Source: Octopus sinensis
Lineage: Eukaryota
Direction of reading: 5' to 3'
Assembly (NCBI RefSeq): GCF_006345805.1
Contig: NC_043011.1
Coordinates: forward strand, 32,004,464 to 32,068,463
DNA: 64,000 nt
Positions 11,709 through 25,080 of this stretch are shown in pieces. The translations under genes were made by a program, and so were the position numbers. The notes under the pieces were generated by a model, which was not told the DNA's origin, did not search any database, and worked only from the letters and a program-made list of their open reading frames with translations. Positions within the stretch are counted from its first letter, which is position 1, and every line of letters begins with the position of its first letter.

Positions 11709-12626
11709 CTGTGAAAGAAAAGCAAAAAAGAATATGAAGACGATAAAAATTTAATCTAAGAATAAACAGGACAGAAGCTGACCTGGAATAGAGAGGTTTG
11801 TCGTTGAAGAAGTTGCAAATGGTGATGAAAGGACTTTGACAAACATAATTCATTGATTGATTAACCAGATGATTAATCAAACAATCGATTAGTCAACATT
11901 ATGTAACATGAGTTTTGTCCTTGGGTATCAACTGTTATTTTTTGTTTGATTACTCCTAGAAAGTAGCAAAAATAGCTAATATTTCCTCCAGACTTTGCTT
12001 TTGTTACCTTTATTCAAACCCCAAAGAATTCCTCTCAACACATGGCTATCATGCTCCCCCACTACTCCTGCTCATGATCAGAGATACACTTATTGTCAGC
12101 CACTAAGAAAAATGTTCAAGTGGTTAAGGTCAACCAAATGACAAGCGAGTCTGTAGTATTGAGCAAAATATTTGCTATAACAATATTTCTGCTTCAGCAA
12201 CTCAACACTGAATCTGTCTGAAATGTAATAGAAAATTGGTCAGTTTCAAAACATTGATTGACCAGGTCACAAAAGCAAAGTTTGAAGGGACTAACAGACA
12301 TTTCCTTTGCGATAGAAGTGAATAAGGAATAACACTTACTGACCAAAGACAAAACAAAATTAAAATTTTGTTACTCGGTGTAATTGGTTTAATAGTTAAC
12401 CAATTGATGAATACTAAAGAAGTGAAATAGAACCAGTGCATATGTTAATTGACATAATGACCCTCCTGAGATAGAACAAAGTCTGTTTCAACATGAGTTC
12501 ACATCAAGAATCTTGCAAACCAAATACAAAAATACGAAAAGAAAAGAAAAGATTCTTTTTTTTTTAACAAGTTCTGAAAATGTATGAGGTTAAAGACTGA
12601 AAAAATGAAACAGTAGCCTGACTTAC

Positions 12627-12710
12627 TTTTTTGATAAAAGCTGGTTTAAGAACAAAAGCATCATCTTTGGTTCCAGTTTTCCCAAGCAATGCAGATATAA
12701 ATGCAATGAC
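12627..12710 (-). CDS. ERCC6L2: ERCC6L2 exon (VIAFISALLGKTGTKDDAFVLKPAFIKK)
   Basis: ctcttag| acceptor, |gtaagt donor, 84 nt, phase 0/0; similar to human VISFLAAVLHKKGTREDI, a segment characteristic of ERCC6L2. Confidence 0.92.
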
Positions 12711-13170
12711 CTAAGAGATACATTAATAAAATTTGGTTAGAATTTCCTAAGTCAGGGTTCAGAATAGATTTTGGAAAATTGAGCAAAAAATTATTATTAA
12801 CAACAGAAGCAATATCAATACCAAAAGGCCATCTTTATGTCTAACTTGATGAGGATGTTTTGTTAAAACGCTAAACACTATAGTGTTCACCTTGAGAGAA
12901 CATCTCATATGGATGCATACTGCACAGAAGCACAGAAGAACACATATTTATACTGCTGACAGATGAGAATCACCTGCCATGGGCACCAGAACTGCCATAT
13001 TATGTAATTTCGACATGCCTCATCTCCAGTAGCAGGCATCCTGAAGCTGCATACAAGAAAATGTTACTGCCAGCGATATATGGAATTTCAGTGACCGTTC
13101 AAGCACTGGTGTTGCAAATAGACAACAGGCTTATTAAAAAAATAATTACTAGTGCCAGAAGCAGTATTAA

Positions 13171-13558
13171 CCCTTTTGTTACCATATTTCTGTTGAGATG
13201 CTCTGTGTTTCTTTCAATTAATTTTAAATATGACAAAGAATTTAGTAAAATAACTTATCAAAATTAAGCTAGTGTTAGGAACATAAATTGTGACTAAGGT
13301 TTGATGGAAGATTTTAATTCAGAACTTTTGAAAACAAGACATTTGTTACCATATTTCTGTTGAGATGCTCTGTGTTTTTTTCAATTAATTTTAAATATAA
13401 CAAAGAATTTAGTAAAATAACCTACTGTAATTAAACTAGTGTTAGGAACATAAATTGTGACTAAGGTTTGATGGAAGATTTTAATACAGAACTTTTGAAA
13501 ACAAGACATTTATACTATAGAGCCAGAGACGGTTTCAGCCAGGTTGGTATCGAAACGG
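13171..13558. mobile_element. piggyBac-type MITE family 1 with internal tandem duplication
   Basis: TTAA-CCC...GG-TTAA ends; body matches 46258-46477 but ~168 bp is present twice in tandem. Confidence 0.88.
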
Positions 13559-13825
13559 TTAATACCAAGGGGCAATCTTTATTTCCAACTTAACATGAGT
13601 GTATTGTTAGAGCACCAAATACAGCATTATTTACCTAGACAGAACCTCTCATATAGAGGTCAAGGTTGAGAGAGGGTTTAGAAACATCTCACAAAAGAAC
13701 TGATATATTATTGGACCCTGTCCAAGGATGGTCTAATGTGTAGTTGAGAATGATAAGGAAATAAATAAATAAACAAACAAATAGATAAATAGAAATTTTT
13801 TTTTTTAAATTGAAATAATCCAGAC

Positions 13826-13954
13826 CTGAACTGTTTTACCGAGTCCCATATCATCTCCTAAAATTGCACCTCTGTTGTTCTGGTAGTGACTCAAAAGGAA
13901 GCTAACGCCTTCTCTCTGATAAGTTCTCAAGTATTGATTAATTGATGCAGGTAT
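13826..13954 (-). CDS. ERCC6L2: ERCC6L2 exon, helicase motifs Q and I ([43 protein letters not shown])
   Basis: ctccag| acceptor, CAG|gt donor, 129 nt; Walker [10 protein letters not shown] typical of SNF2 ATPases; matches remembered human ERCC6L2 INRYLRDYQREG...[13 protein letters not shown]. Confidence 0.95.
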
Positions 13955-14559
13955 CTGGAGATTCAAAGTTTGGTAAGGAAGAGAAAATAGTAAAAAGAAA
14001 GAGTTATTCTTTTTTCTTTTTTCAAAGAAATGGGAAAAGTTATATAAAATCCACAGGCTGAGTCAGAAATACTTTTAATATTTAAACGATATCTTTAATC
14101 TTCTGCCCTTTACTTGTTTCAGTTCATGGACTGCAACCATGCTGGAGCACTGCCTTGAAGTAGTTGGTCGAACAAACTGACACCAGGACTTTTTTTTTTT
14201 TTTGAAGTCTGATACTTGTTCTATCAGTCTTTTTTTGCCAAACTGCTAAGTTATGGGAATGTAAATAAACCCACAATAGCTGTCAAGTAGTGACAGGAGA
14301 CAAACACGAGGACCCACAACATACACACACATATATTATATATGTGTGTGTCCTAACTGGCTCCCATGCCAGTGGCACGTAAAATGTACCCACTGCATTC
14401 TCGGAGTGGTTGGCGTTAGGAAGAGCATCCAGCTGTTGAAGCATTGCCAGATCAGATTGGAACCAGGTGAAGCCCACTGGCTTGCCAGACCTTGGTCAAA
14501 CCATCCAACGCATGCCAGCATGGAAAGCAGATGTTAAATGATGATGATGATGATGATGA

Positions 14560-15472
14560 CGTATAATTGAAGAAATTGGAGTCAAGAAGGAGTACGGTTG
14601 GACATTCACATGTGATGAATGCCCAAACTTAAACTTGGAAGTATACAATAACACTACCGATACTACTGGGTAATTCTGAAGGTTAATGACCATCCACACC
14701 ATATGCCTTTCTTCGTCTTCACTGAGACCCATCTCAATAACCTCCACTTGAAAGCTTAGGTGAAAGTGAAGAATTTTACAGCTATCCATACAGACCGTGT
14801 TGGCAGAAGAAAAGGTGGGGCTGCCATTTTTGAGCATGATTCTTCTTTGGCTGAAGCAATGGATGTATTTCCCAATGTCTACTGTGAAACAGCTTCTGTG
14901 TATAGTAAAACCAACAATTTCACCTTCCTCTGATATTGTTGCATCTTTTATGCATCCAAAGCTTACACTGGGTGCATCTTATGGAGTTTCTACCTACCCC
15001 TTTTCTACAGATCGAGCAGGGCCATCTACCTGAGCAGATTTGTGATTTGTCTGCCTTCCTACTTACTAAGACTTTGCTTTTTGCTAGGTTAACCCTAAGG
15101 CCCTTTGATTCTAGACCTTGCTTCCATACCTGGAACTTCTTCTGTATCTTAGGTAGTGATTCAGCTATAAGAGCAAGATCATCAGCATAGAGGAGCTCCC
15201 AGGGGCAGCTGGAAATTCCTCTGTTATTTTCTGGAGACCTATGACGAACATTGGAGGCTGAGCACTGATCATTGGTGAATCCTTACTTGTACCTTGAATT
15301 CTTCGCTGTACTCATTGCTAACCCTCACCTTACTGATAGCATCTCTGTACATAGCTTGTACAGCTCTCGCCAACCACTTGTATATCCCTAGTTTCCACAT
15401 TAACCACCAGATAAGGGATTGGGGGTCTCTGTTAAAGGCTTTCTCCAAGTTAACAAAGGCCAAGTACAGAAG

Positions 15473-15477
<5 letters not shown>
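14560..15477 (-). mobile_element. RTE-clade LINE fragment (reverse transcriptase, internally deleted)
   Basis: LAFVNLEKAFNR...LIWWLM..LGI, then degenerate HQGSVLS, YADD and GLESKGLRVN equivalents in shifted frames. Confidence 0.85.
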
Positions 15478-15505
<28 letters not shown>

Positions 15506-16443
15506 TCATCATCATCATCATCATCATCATTTAACGTCTGCTTTCCATGCTAGCATGGGTTGGACGGTTCGACTGGGTCTGGGAAGCCAGGAGGCTGCAC
15601 CAGGCCCAGTCTGATCTGGCAGTGTTTCTACAGCTGGGTGCCCTTCCTAACGCCAACCACTCTGTGAGTGTAGTGGGTGCCTTTTACGTACCACCGGCAC
15701 AGGTGCCAGGTGAGGCTGGCAACGGCCACGATTGGTTGGTGCTTTTTACATGCCACTGGCACGGAGGCCAGTCAAAGCGGCGCTGGCAACGGCCATGTTC
15801 GGATGGTTCTTTTACGTGCCACCAGTACTGGTATTACAACTACAATTTCCATTGATTTTTGGTCTTCACAAGCAGAGTTTTGTGTCCCAAGAAGGAAAGG
15901 TATGCATAAGTGGACTGGCTACATCCCAGGTAGAGGCCATGGGTTATGGTCTCACTTGTCCTGCCAGGTCTTCTCACGCAGAGCATACTTCCGAAGGTCT
16001 CAGTCACTAGTCATTGCCTTGGTGAGACCTAAAGTTTGAAGGTCGTGCTTCACAACCTCTGACATTATACATCCATCGGAGCATACTGGCTTCATTTCTT
16101 GCGAGCTTACGCATATCCTCAGAAGTCACGACCCATTTCAAAGTTTGAGAAGAGGCCAACAAGTTTTGGAGAGAGTTAAGTCGATTACATTGACCCCAGT
16201 GGGCAACTGGTACTTATTTTATTGACCCCAAATTCATGAACAGTAAGATCAATCTCGACAGAATTTTGAACTCAGAATGTACAGACGAAATGCTGCAAAG
16301 CATTTTGCCTAGCATATTAACGATTCTGCCAGCTCATTGCCTTTATATATATAAGTATTAAATGATAGATGTTCCATGCTGACATGTGTTGAATGAGACT
16401 TCATGAAGCAGTAATGTATGGCTGGATACCCTTCACATATATA

Positions 16444-16660
16444 TGAGGGGTGGTGAAAAGTTCCTGGCTTTGAGTAAAAGAAAATACAGGAGGATCAGTT
16501 AATTATGATTTTATTCAACATATTCCCCTCTCAGATTCACACACTTATTGCAGCGATCCTTCAGTTTTTCTAAGCCCTGTAAAGGAACCCAGAAGGTTGG
16601 TCCTCCCACCAGTCATTTTACAATACTCTTAAAGCCAGGAACTTTTCAGCATCCCCATCA
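16444..16660. mobile_element. Mariner-type MITE
   Basis: TA-flanked imperfect TIRs sharing tgaaaagttcctggcttt at both ends; no coding capacity. Confidence 0.75.
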
Positions 16661-16959
16661 TATATATCTACACACACACGTATGTGTGCATATAAGACTA
16701 CAGTAGAGGAAACTATGGGAACACAGTCGGATCAAGCCTAAAATTTTAGATGGTTGTGAAGCAAAATTCTTAAACACACAGCTATGCTCATACTCAATCC
16801 AAAATACCTTAATCACACATTCAAGCAGTGTGTAGTAGTGCTAACAGCCTACCTGACCGGAATGGTTACAAACAACTTATCAGTCAAGTGAAACAGCTAC
16901 ATTTTGCTTACACTTCAATACTCAGTTCTCAGTTATTTATTTCACTAGTTTTCACTTAC

Positions 16960-17061
16960 CTCATATACGGGATCCTCCCCAGGTTTTGTCAGTAAAAATG
17001 CTGTCTTCTCAGAAACTGGAGAGAAATCAAACGATGGCCGCTCTGAATCCATTTCAAAAAC
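16960..17061 (-). CDS. ERCC6L2: ERCC6L2-like SNF2 helicase, most 5' coding exon recovered (VFEMDSERPSFDFSPVSEKTAFLLTKPGEDPVYE)
   Basis: tag| acceptor and GAG|gtaagt donor; 102 nt, open, phase 0 into the next exon; loosely resembles the vertebrate segment just before the YLRDYQ motif. In-frame ATG at 17052 could be a start; upstream exons not resolved. Confidence 0.7.
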
Positions 17062-18230
17062 CTACTGTAATAACAAGAAAATAATTAAATAAATAAACAA
17101 TATATAAATGTTTACTGAAATAACAAAATGATTTTTTAGTAAGAAATTACATCTGAATTTGTGTCGATTAGACAACATTGTAGTTTTGTTGTATCTTGAT
17201 AAAATCAATGCTTTTTATCCTCTATTTATTTTTAGTAAATAAATACATTCTCAATTTATTAATTATTCATTTCACTAATTTAGCATTCCTTTCTTTAAAA
17301 ATTGGCAGTCTGTTGATTATGAACAATGAGGGTTCTAGTTGATCTGATCAACAGAACAGCCTGCTCATGAAATTAATGTACAAGTGGCTGAGCACTCCAT
17401 AGACATGCGTACCCTTAATGTAGCTCTCAAAGAGATTCAGCATGACACAGATGGGGCGAGGCTGGCCCTTTGAAATAAAGGTACAACTCATTTTTGCCAA
17501 CTAAATGGACAGGAACAAAGTGAAATAAAGTGATTTTCTCAAGCACACAACACACAGCCAGGAATTGAACTCTCAAACCTACAATTGTGAACCGATTACC
17601 CTAACCACTAAGCCACTATGACTTTTACAATAATAACTAACAGAAATGGTAAAGAAAGGAATGATTAATTAATGAATTTGGTATAAAACAAAGATGGGAT
17701 TGTTACAGATGGAATGTCCATTTTTTAAGGAAAGACAGCACCCGTGACCCTCTATTTTCTCAAGGCCTCTGTGGCTGGTGGGGAATGGTAGAAGAAAGGG
17801 TGTTCTTCTCAAACTTGAGATTCAGTCCAAGTGCTTGAAACAAAGTAAACTCTGCTAAAGATACCCAAGGACTACAAAGGACCCCAATGGTAACCAAAGA
17901 GAAGACGGTAGCATTAAACCAGATTATAGGTTAAAATCTACCACCCAAGAACTCCAGAAGACTAAAGACTGAAACAATGACTACAAGAAATCTTGTCTGA
18001 TATTCAAAAATTCCAACTATACAGCACCTAGGACTAGTACTCTATTTTATTGATCCCTGGAAGGATAAAAGGCAAAGCTGACTTCAGCAGGATTTGAAAT
18101 CAGAACAAAGAACAAGAACAAATATGCACTAATAATTTTGTTAATTTGTCTCTTATCACAGTCTGCTTCATAAAAGTTCATTTAGAGGTGTGTGTGTGTG
18201 TGTGTGTGCATGTATGTGTGTGTGCATGTA

Positions 18231-18265
<35 letters not shown>

Positions 18266-18374
18266 ATCCTTAAATTGTTTCAGCTTTAAAGCTGTAGTCA
18301 TGCAGGCCACTGTTGGCTGTGCTACACCATTATGTGAAACCACCTCTGATATGTGGCATTTGGTGATAAAGGGA

Positions 18375-18920
18375 ATTTGATGCTGCTGCCCTCATCTGTG
18401 CTTCCTGCCATGCAGTAGGCTCATCTGGAACCCTTGACAGGAGGTGATCCAGTTTTGTTTTTTTAAAACACCTACATCCACACCATGCAGGTCTCTCAGG
18501 CATTTTGGAAGAATACTAAAGAGTTGTTGCAGTATCCAGTCCTGTATTTTGCGGGTGATGCTGGGATTTTGGCACTCTACAGTGGTGCGCTGCTCTGCTG
18601 TTTGTGTAACTTTCAATACCAAAGCTTGGTACAAGGCCTTCCAGGATTTTCAAGATGTATGTCACTGCATATCTTTCCCCACCTTTATTCTAGGGAGAAG
18701 ATTTTTAACTCTTTAAGCCTTTTCCAGTAACTGATATGTTGCATTGAAATGATTCTTTTTGTATGACTTCGTTGGATTGCTTTGAGTTCCACATTAATTT
18801 TATATTTTGTGGTAACCATAGTTTGGAACAGTGTGCCCTCCAAGGACCATCATAGTTTCCTTTTCTCTCATTTTGAAAGTTCAGAGGATTCAGCCAGCCG
18901 TCTGCATTTTATTATCAAAT
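18375..18920 (-). mobile_element. CR1-like LINE 3' fragment
   Basis: Degenerate ELKAIQRSHTKRIISMQHISYWKRLKELKIFSLE and LFSILPKCLRDLHGVDV reading, typical of CR1-type C-termini. Confidence 0.75.
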
Positions 18921-20094
18921 TAGTAATATGCACCTGGAAAGATGCATCATTGCTCATGTCAATGCCCAGGTCATACCTTGAGGTAAAAACAACCTTTATT
19001 TGTGTCTTACTAAAAATCAAAAATATAAGTCAACTATTAGCAAACAGCTGAGAATTATTGATAGAAATGAATATTGATTCTAACATTGTCTTAAGTCCAC
19101 AAGTTTGGTTAGGCGGGGAAATAGTAGATTAAATCAACACTAATATACAACTAATTCTTTACTTTATTGATCCCAGAGAAGGATGAAAGGTAAAATTGAA
19201 CTTAGCAGGATTTAAACCCTAAACATAAAGAGCCATGAGTTAACACCGCTAGGCATTTTGTCTGTTGCTCTAACGATTCTACCAAAAACATCAACAAGAG
19301 AAAACAACAAAAAGTTCAATGTTCTTATAATGTTCTTCTTGAATTGTTTCTTAAAATGTCTGGTATCAATTTGCATTGAAAAATTTAACAGTAAGTCGAA
19401 CAGGAGATAGCCCCAAACGGGTAGTTAATACAAGGGAGATAATCATTTCCTCATAGTATTTGGTGGGATAAGAAGTTAGAACTTGAAATTAAGGACTACG
19501 GAAAAAAGATCCATTGAGTTCACATCTTTTTAGTTTTTGTTCCTTACTAGTGAAGTTCTTCAAATTTCTTGCCAGTGGTAATCATGTGTAGCAAACTCTG
19601 TTAGAATTAACAAATCCCAAACATTTGTAAGTAAAAAACCTGAAAGATATTGTTATAGTTTTCTCTCTAATATTTGTCTTATAAAAAGTTCTTAAACTTG
19701 ATTGGAAATCATTTTTACAATTTCTTATCATTATTTTTGGATTGAAAGAAACTGGAATGTAATTAGCCATGCAGCTCCTCTCCAGGAACCTCCTCTGCAT
19801 CCCATCCTTCTTCATACTTTAACCCGTCATTCCTTTGCATAGAGCTGTCCCCAACTCCCTCGGGATATGTTGATTTTTTGAGTACAGGTGATGTGAAAAA
19901 AAAAGGACCCAGTGCATGCTGTAAATTGGTCGACATTACAAAGGGCATCAAGTCATAGAAACCGTGGCAAAGCAGACACTGGAGCATGATGTAGTCCTTG
20001 GACCCAAGGGGTCCTTGTCAAACTGTCCATTCCATGCAAGTACGGATGTTAAAAGACAATGATGACAACGATGATAGTGGCAGTGGCAGCAGAA

Positions 20095-20304
20095 GGTAGA
20101 AAGAAAAGAAGGAAGGAAGAAGAAAGAAAAAAGAAAGAATAAATGAATGAATGAGAAAGAAAGAAAGAAAGGAAGAAAAAACGAATGAATGAAATGGGAA
20201 GAAAGGAAGGGTAAAAGAAAGAAAGAAAAAAAAAAAAAAGAAAGAAAGGAGGGAAGGAAGAAGAAAGAAAGAAAGAAAAAAAAAGAAAGAAAGGAGGGAA
20301 GGAA

Positions 20305-20369
<65 letters not shown>

Positions 20370-20375
20370 AAAAAA
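20095..20375. repeat. (GAAA)n/(GGAA)n polypurine tract
   Basis: Direct reading. Confidence 0.95.
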
Positions 20376-20679
20376 ATGCAGGTATCTAGACAAGGATGAA
20401 GTCAAACAATTTCAGGTCAAAGAACAATGGCAAAAGAGAGTGCAGAGTGCAGAGTTTTCTAAACGTACTGGAATGAAATATGACATAAGAATACAATGGC
20501 AATTAGAGTCAAGATTAATTAAAATATATTTATAGCTTCATGCAGATCTTTCAGTTCATTGGTACAAGTTTTGCCCAAAATGCATACACACACATACACA
20601 CACAAGTACAATGTCAATAACTATATAAGTACTGATTTTTAACATTGGTACATCATCGTCGCCATCACCACCATCATCG

Positions 20680-20713
<34 letters not shown>

Positions 20714-21957
20714 GACCATCATTTTAATGTCCACTTTCCCATGCTCGCAATGTGGTGACACCAGTTTATAACTATCATGTGAAGTCAAGGCAAAGAACAT
20801 TAATACACACATACATACATAAATATACAAATATATGTATGTATGTATATTTATATATATATATATATAAACTAGCAGCTAAGCCCGCTTTCGCCAGGTC
20901 TGTTATGATGATGTGGCTGTAATCGTTTTCGGCTAGGTATAATCTATAATAGTGATTCTCAACCTTATCATTTTGGGTCCCCTGTTTCGATTGGAGCCTC
21001 CAGCTGTATGAAAATTTCCTGACTCCCCCGCCCCCCCACCAACCGGTCACAAAACAGCTTCAGGAGTTGTAAAGAACGAATTTGTACGTAGTCTGTTTCT
21101 GAGATCTATTCTATTGAACCTCTGTCTAATCATTAAAACATTGATTTAATTATGAATATAGAAAGAAATTATACATTAATCCCTATTTTTGTAAGCAGTT
21201 GCATCCGTAAAAAATTTTATTTGCAGAGAGCAGAAATTGAAAGAAGATATATGAAATGGATGTGTATGTGTGTGTGTGTGTGTGCATGCTTGTGCATGTG
21301 TATGTGAAAGAGAAAGAGAGATAGAGTGTATGAGTGAAGGTGTGTGTCATGATGTTTGATGTCTTTTAAGGTACACACAAATGTGAGGCCATCATATAAA
21401 AATTTTACAATAGTTGATTTATGGAAAAGATGATGTTAATTTTTTTAAATGTAAATATGTGAATGAAAATTAAGTTCAGACCTTTAAATGGTAGCCAGAC
21501 CTGGTAGAAATAGCAGCCAAATCTCCCTCAAAACACTCTACTGTCTATTATGTCAATTCTGCCTATTATGTAGTTTGAATGAGAAACTGTAAATAAAGAT
21601 TAAGATTATTAATCCCACAAAGAGGTGAAAGAAGAGAGACAGCATAGTGAAAGTTTTTGCTGACTATCATCCTGTACTCCCCTTGTTGCAAGTGAAATGG
21701 TATATGCCAGCGGTGTGAGCAACTGGTTGTTTTAATGGCGGAATAAACAGAATTCCATTAGAAAAGTTTTAATCGATTTTCTTGGTAACTATGGGGGCTA
21801 GGAAAAAAATACAAACCACATTCCAATCTATGCACCCGTCTCCACATGTGAGCCATTTTTCATGCGAATCCACCCAACCATTTGGCTGTGAACCTCAAGA
21901 CAAGAAAGAATACAACGATCACTCACGTCCAATTTATATAATAGAATATACTTTTTA

Positions 21958-22140
21958 TTGTTGGTTAACAAGGCTACAATTGGTTTCATGGAGAGAATTC
22001 TCAGCAATTATCAAGCTTGCTACATGAGACATTGATACTCATCATCGAGATGGAGATGAGTAGCAATGTTTCATATTGCAGGTTTGATAATTGCTGAGAA
22101 TTGTCAGCATGAAACCAAATATAGTCATGTTAACCAACAA
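21958..22140. repeat. Long imperfect palindrome: 86-bp arms, 11-nt loop
   Basis: Ungapped alignment of 21958-22043 with the reverse complement of 22055-22140, about 13 mismatches counted by hand. Confidence 0.9.
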
Positions 22141-24791
22141 ATTATAGAATATTTACTCACCAATACAGTATTGAGCACTCATTCTCATTGTTTGATTTTA
22201 CCATGTGTGTGTGTGTGTGCGTGTGTAGATGTATGTATATGTGAGTATCACGTAAGGCTAGAGATGTGAGCAATGACCTCCCTTGCAAATGCTACATACG
22301 GATACAAACTGTGTGTCGATAGCCAGCTGGAAAAGATGTTTTCCTGGGGCTAAAACAACAGTAACATCGTCCTTTATAGGACTGCCACATTCTGTTGGCA
22401 TATAAACATCACTATATATATATGTATATATTTATGTATGTATGTATCAGATTCAATCAACCAAATCCATTCACAAGTGTTTGGCCAGCCAATGGCAATA
22501 ATAGAAGATACTTGCCCATAATGTTACACAATGGAACTTGAACCTAGAACCACGTGGTTGGGAAGCCTACTACACGGTTGCAAATTTTGAGGGGAGGGTA
22601 CAATCGACCCACTGTTTCATTGGTACTTTATTGCATTAATCTCAGAACTAAATAAGCATTAGTAGGGAATAAACTGGTCATACAGTATTTACTTAATTTA
22701 GACTTGTGTCATTTATTTAAACACACATGTTCTTTGTGAAGATGCATGGCTTAGCAGTGAGTCTGATTCCTGGAGGCACAATTTATTTCAAGTTGCTCCA
22801 GTCCACTCAGCTAGCAAACATAAGTGAACCTGTAATTCAAAGGGTCAGTGTTATCATTTCTGTGCCACACTGAATCTCCCTGAGAACTACATTAAGGGTA
22901 CACATGTCTGTGGAGTGCTCAAGCACTTACAAATTTAATTTTATGAGCAGGCTGTTCTGGTGATCATCTCAACTAGAATACTCGTGATTGTAGCAAATGA
23001 TGTGCCAGGTACATGGTCTTTTAGAAACACTGAAAAGTACTCTTTTCAAAGAGTTAAGTTCATATATTTTTGTTTATGGTAGCCTAGTGCAACCTTTATG
23101 AAAGTGCATGGCTTATAACTTAGGGTGTTGCCTTCATATTTTGGGATCTTTTCTGTTTGGCTGCCACTTTTCAATTTCTTCAAACTTTTGTCCCAATTGA
23201 TTTCATATTTCGTGTATTTGTGTAGTTTTATAAAGTAACCATTGACATGAAATTCATTTTCACCATAAATCAATAAATAAAGAGTTGATAGCTTTTAAAG
23301 TTTGCAAATTTGAGGTGATTTAAGCCAATCAAAAGTCACAGAAATAGAGGTACCTATTTCCATAGTAACAAGCCAAGCTGCTTACCACATGTTCTTTTGG
23401 TCGCTTATTAAATGCTTAAAACACATGCTGTATGAGATGTGCTAAAAATAACAGCTAAATAGGCCTTAAATTACACACTCTCTCTTTTACTTGTTTCAGT
23501 CATTTGACTGCAGCCATGCTGTATTCCTGTGTGTAGAATACAAATTTGCAAAAATTCTCTGAAAATTCCAAAAAAAGTTATGAAGGGTCATGTGGCATGC
23601 ATAAAACAGAATTCCACCAATGTTTCATTTGTTTACTATTGACAACACCTGCTATCATGCTCAAAATGACAGCTTCCAAATCCTGTTTTCTGACTGGGTA
23701 AAAATCATCAAATTTTAAACCTTTGTAACTTTTTAAATAATTCTTCTGGCAAAAGGGAATTATCTCCTGAGATTCAGCTTGAAAAATTACGTCAGTACAC
23801 CAGATTTAAAAATTTTCCCTAAACTTTAAAATTTCCACAGGTGCAGCCAAACAGAAAAAAATCCTAATTTTGTGATCATGGTTTCAATTCCTAGACCAGG
23901 TGGTGTGTTATGTTTTTGAGCAAAACACACCATTTAACATTACTTCAGTCCACTCAGGTGTAAGTAAGTAACTTTGCAATGGACTGGCACCACATTCAGG
24001 GATAATGTTGTGATCTTGGTCACTTACACACAATGGAAACAGGGTAACTGGCCCAATGAATCCTAAGGCTTGTAACAGTAATGTCCAGAGTGACTAACAA
24101 CTAGTACAACTTTTAACACATGAAGCACGATGGGCCACTATCATGGCCATCAAGCACGGGTCGGCAGGCCACGATTGTGGGCCAGATAGATGCATTTAAC
24201 GTATGGACGTTTGTCAGGGTCTAATGTCACTCAAACGCTCCAATACACCCCAGAATGCAAGAGGACAAATAGTTCAACTTATGACTGATCAGATGATGTA
24301 AAACTTGCCACCATTATAAATTAAGAAGATATTTTAACTATTTTCTGTTTTTTGTGTGCATGGTAGTCCCATTTTCATAAAATATGCTCAGCAGTCCATG
24401 CTATGTAAGTGCAAATCCCAGTGCTTTATGGCTTAACTGTTCTTGTAATTATATCAGACAATTTCCTTATTGCAATACAAGAAAGGGATGAAAAGTGAGA
24501 CAGCATAAGAGAGAAGTTGAAGGTCCATTGTGTGTATCCTTAATTGTATACTTGTTCCAGTCACTGGACTACAACCATACTGGAGCACTTCCTTAGAGGG
24601 TTTACTCAAACGAATCAATCCCACTAATTATATGTTTTTTAAAAATTGGTACCTTATTCTTATTCTTTTGTTGACTTATGCAAAAAAAAGCTATAGGGAT
24701 GTCAACAAACCAACACCAATTGTCAAGGAGAGTAGGGGGACAAACACAAGCATATACATACATACATGTATGCATGTGTGTATATATATAT

Positions 24792-25038
24792 ATATCACGT
24801 GATCACGTGACCGACCAGACCATCAGATGTTGTTACACATCGCTGGTCACAATGCGTTCGCATTGTTTTAGCCTTCGAATGACGCCACCCCGCTGGCTAA
24901 GCGAGTAGGCCAACAGAAGAAAGAGTGGTGAAAGAGTACAGCAGGGATCACCACCCCCTGCTGGAGCCTCGTCTGGAATCGAAACCGCGATCCTGCAACT
25001 GCGAGTCTGCTGCCCTAACCACTAGGCCATTGCGCCTC

Positions 25039-25040
<2 letters not shown>
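24792..25040 (-). mobile_element. SINE with family D head and a different 3' tail
   Basis: Head nearly identical to 11470-11548; tail ends ggtcacgtgatcacgtg. Confidence 0.8.

Positions 25041-25080
<40 letters not shown>

Noticed and set aside
19548-19639. Candidate missing ERCC6L2 exon (92 nt, phase 1/0)
   Set aside because: Good splice signals and the right length, but stop codons occur in all three frames.
20049-20405. Phe/Leu/Ser-rich and Lys/Glu/Arg-rich ORFs
   Set aside because: Artefacts of the (GAAA)n tract.
23046-23273. 75-aa minus-strand ORF as an ERCC6L2 N-terminal exon
   Set aside because: No suitable splice sites and no similarity to the Tudor region.
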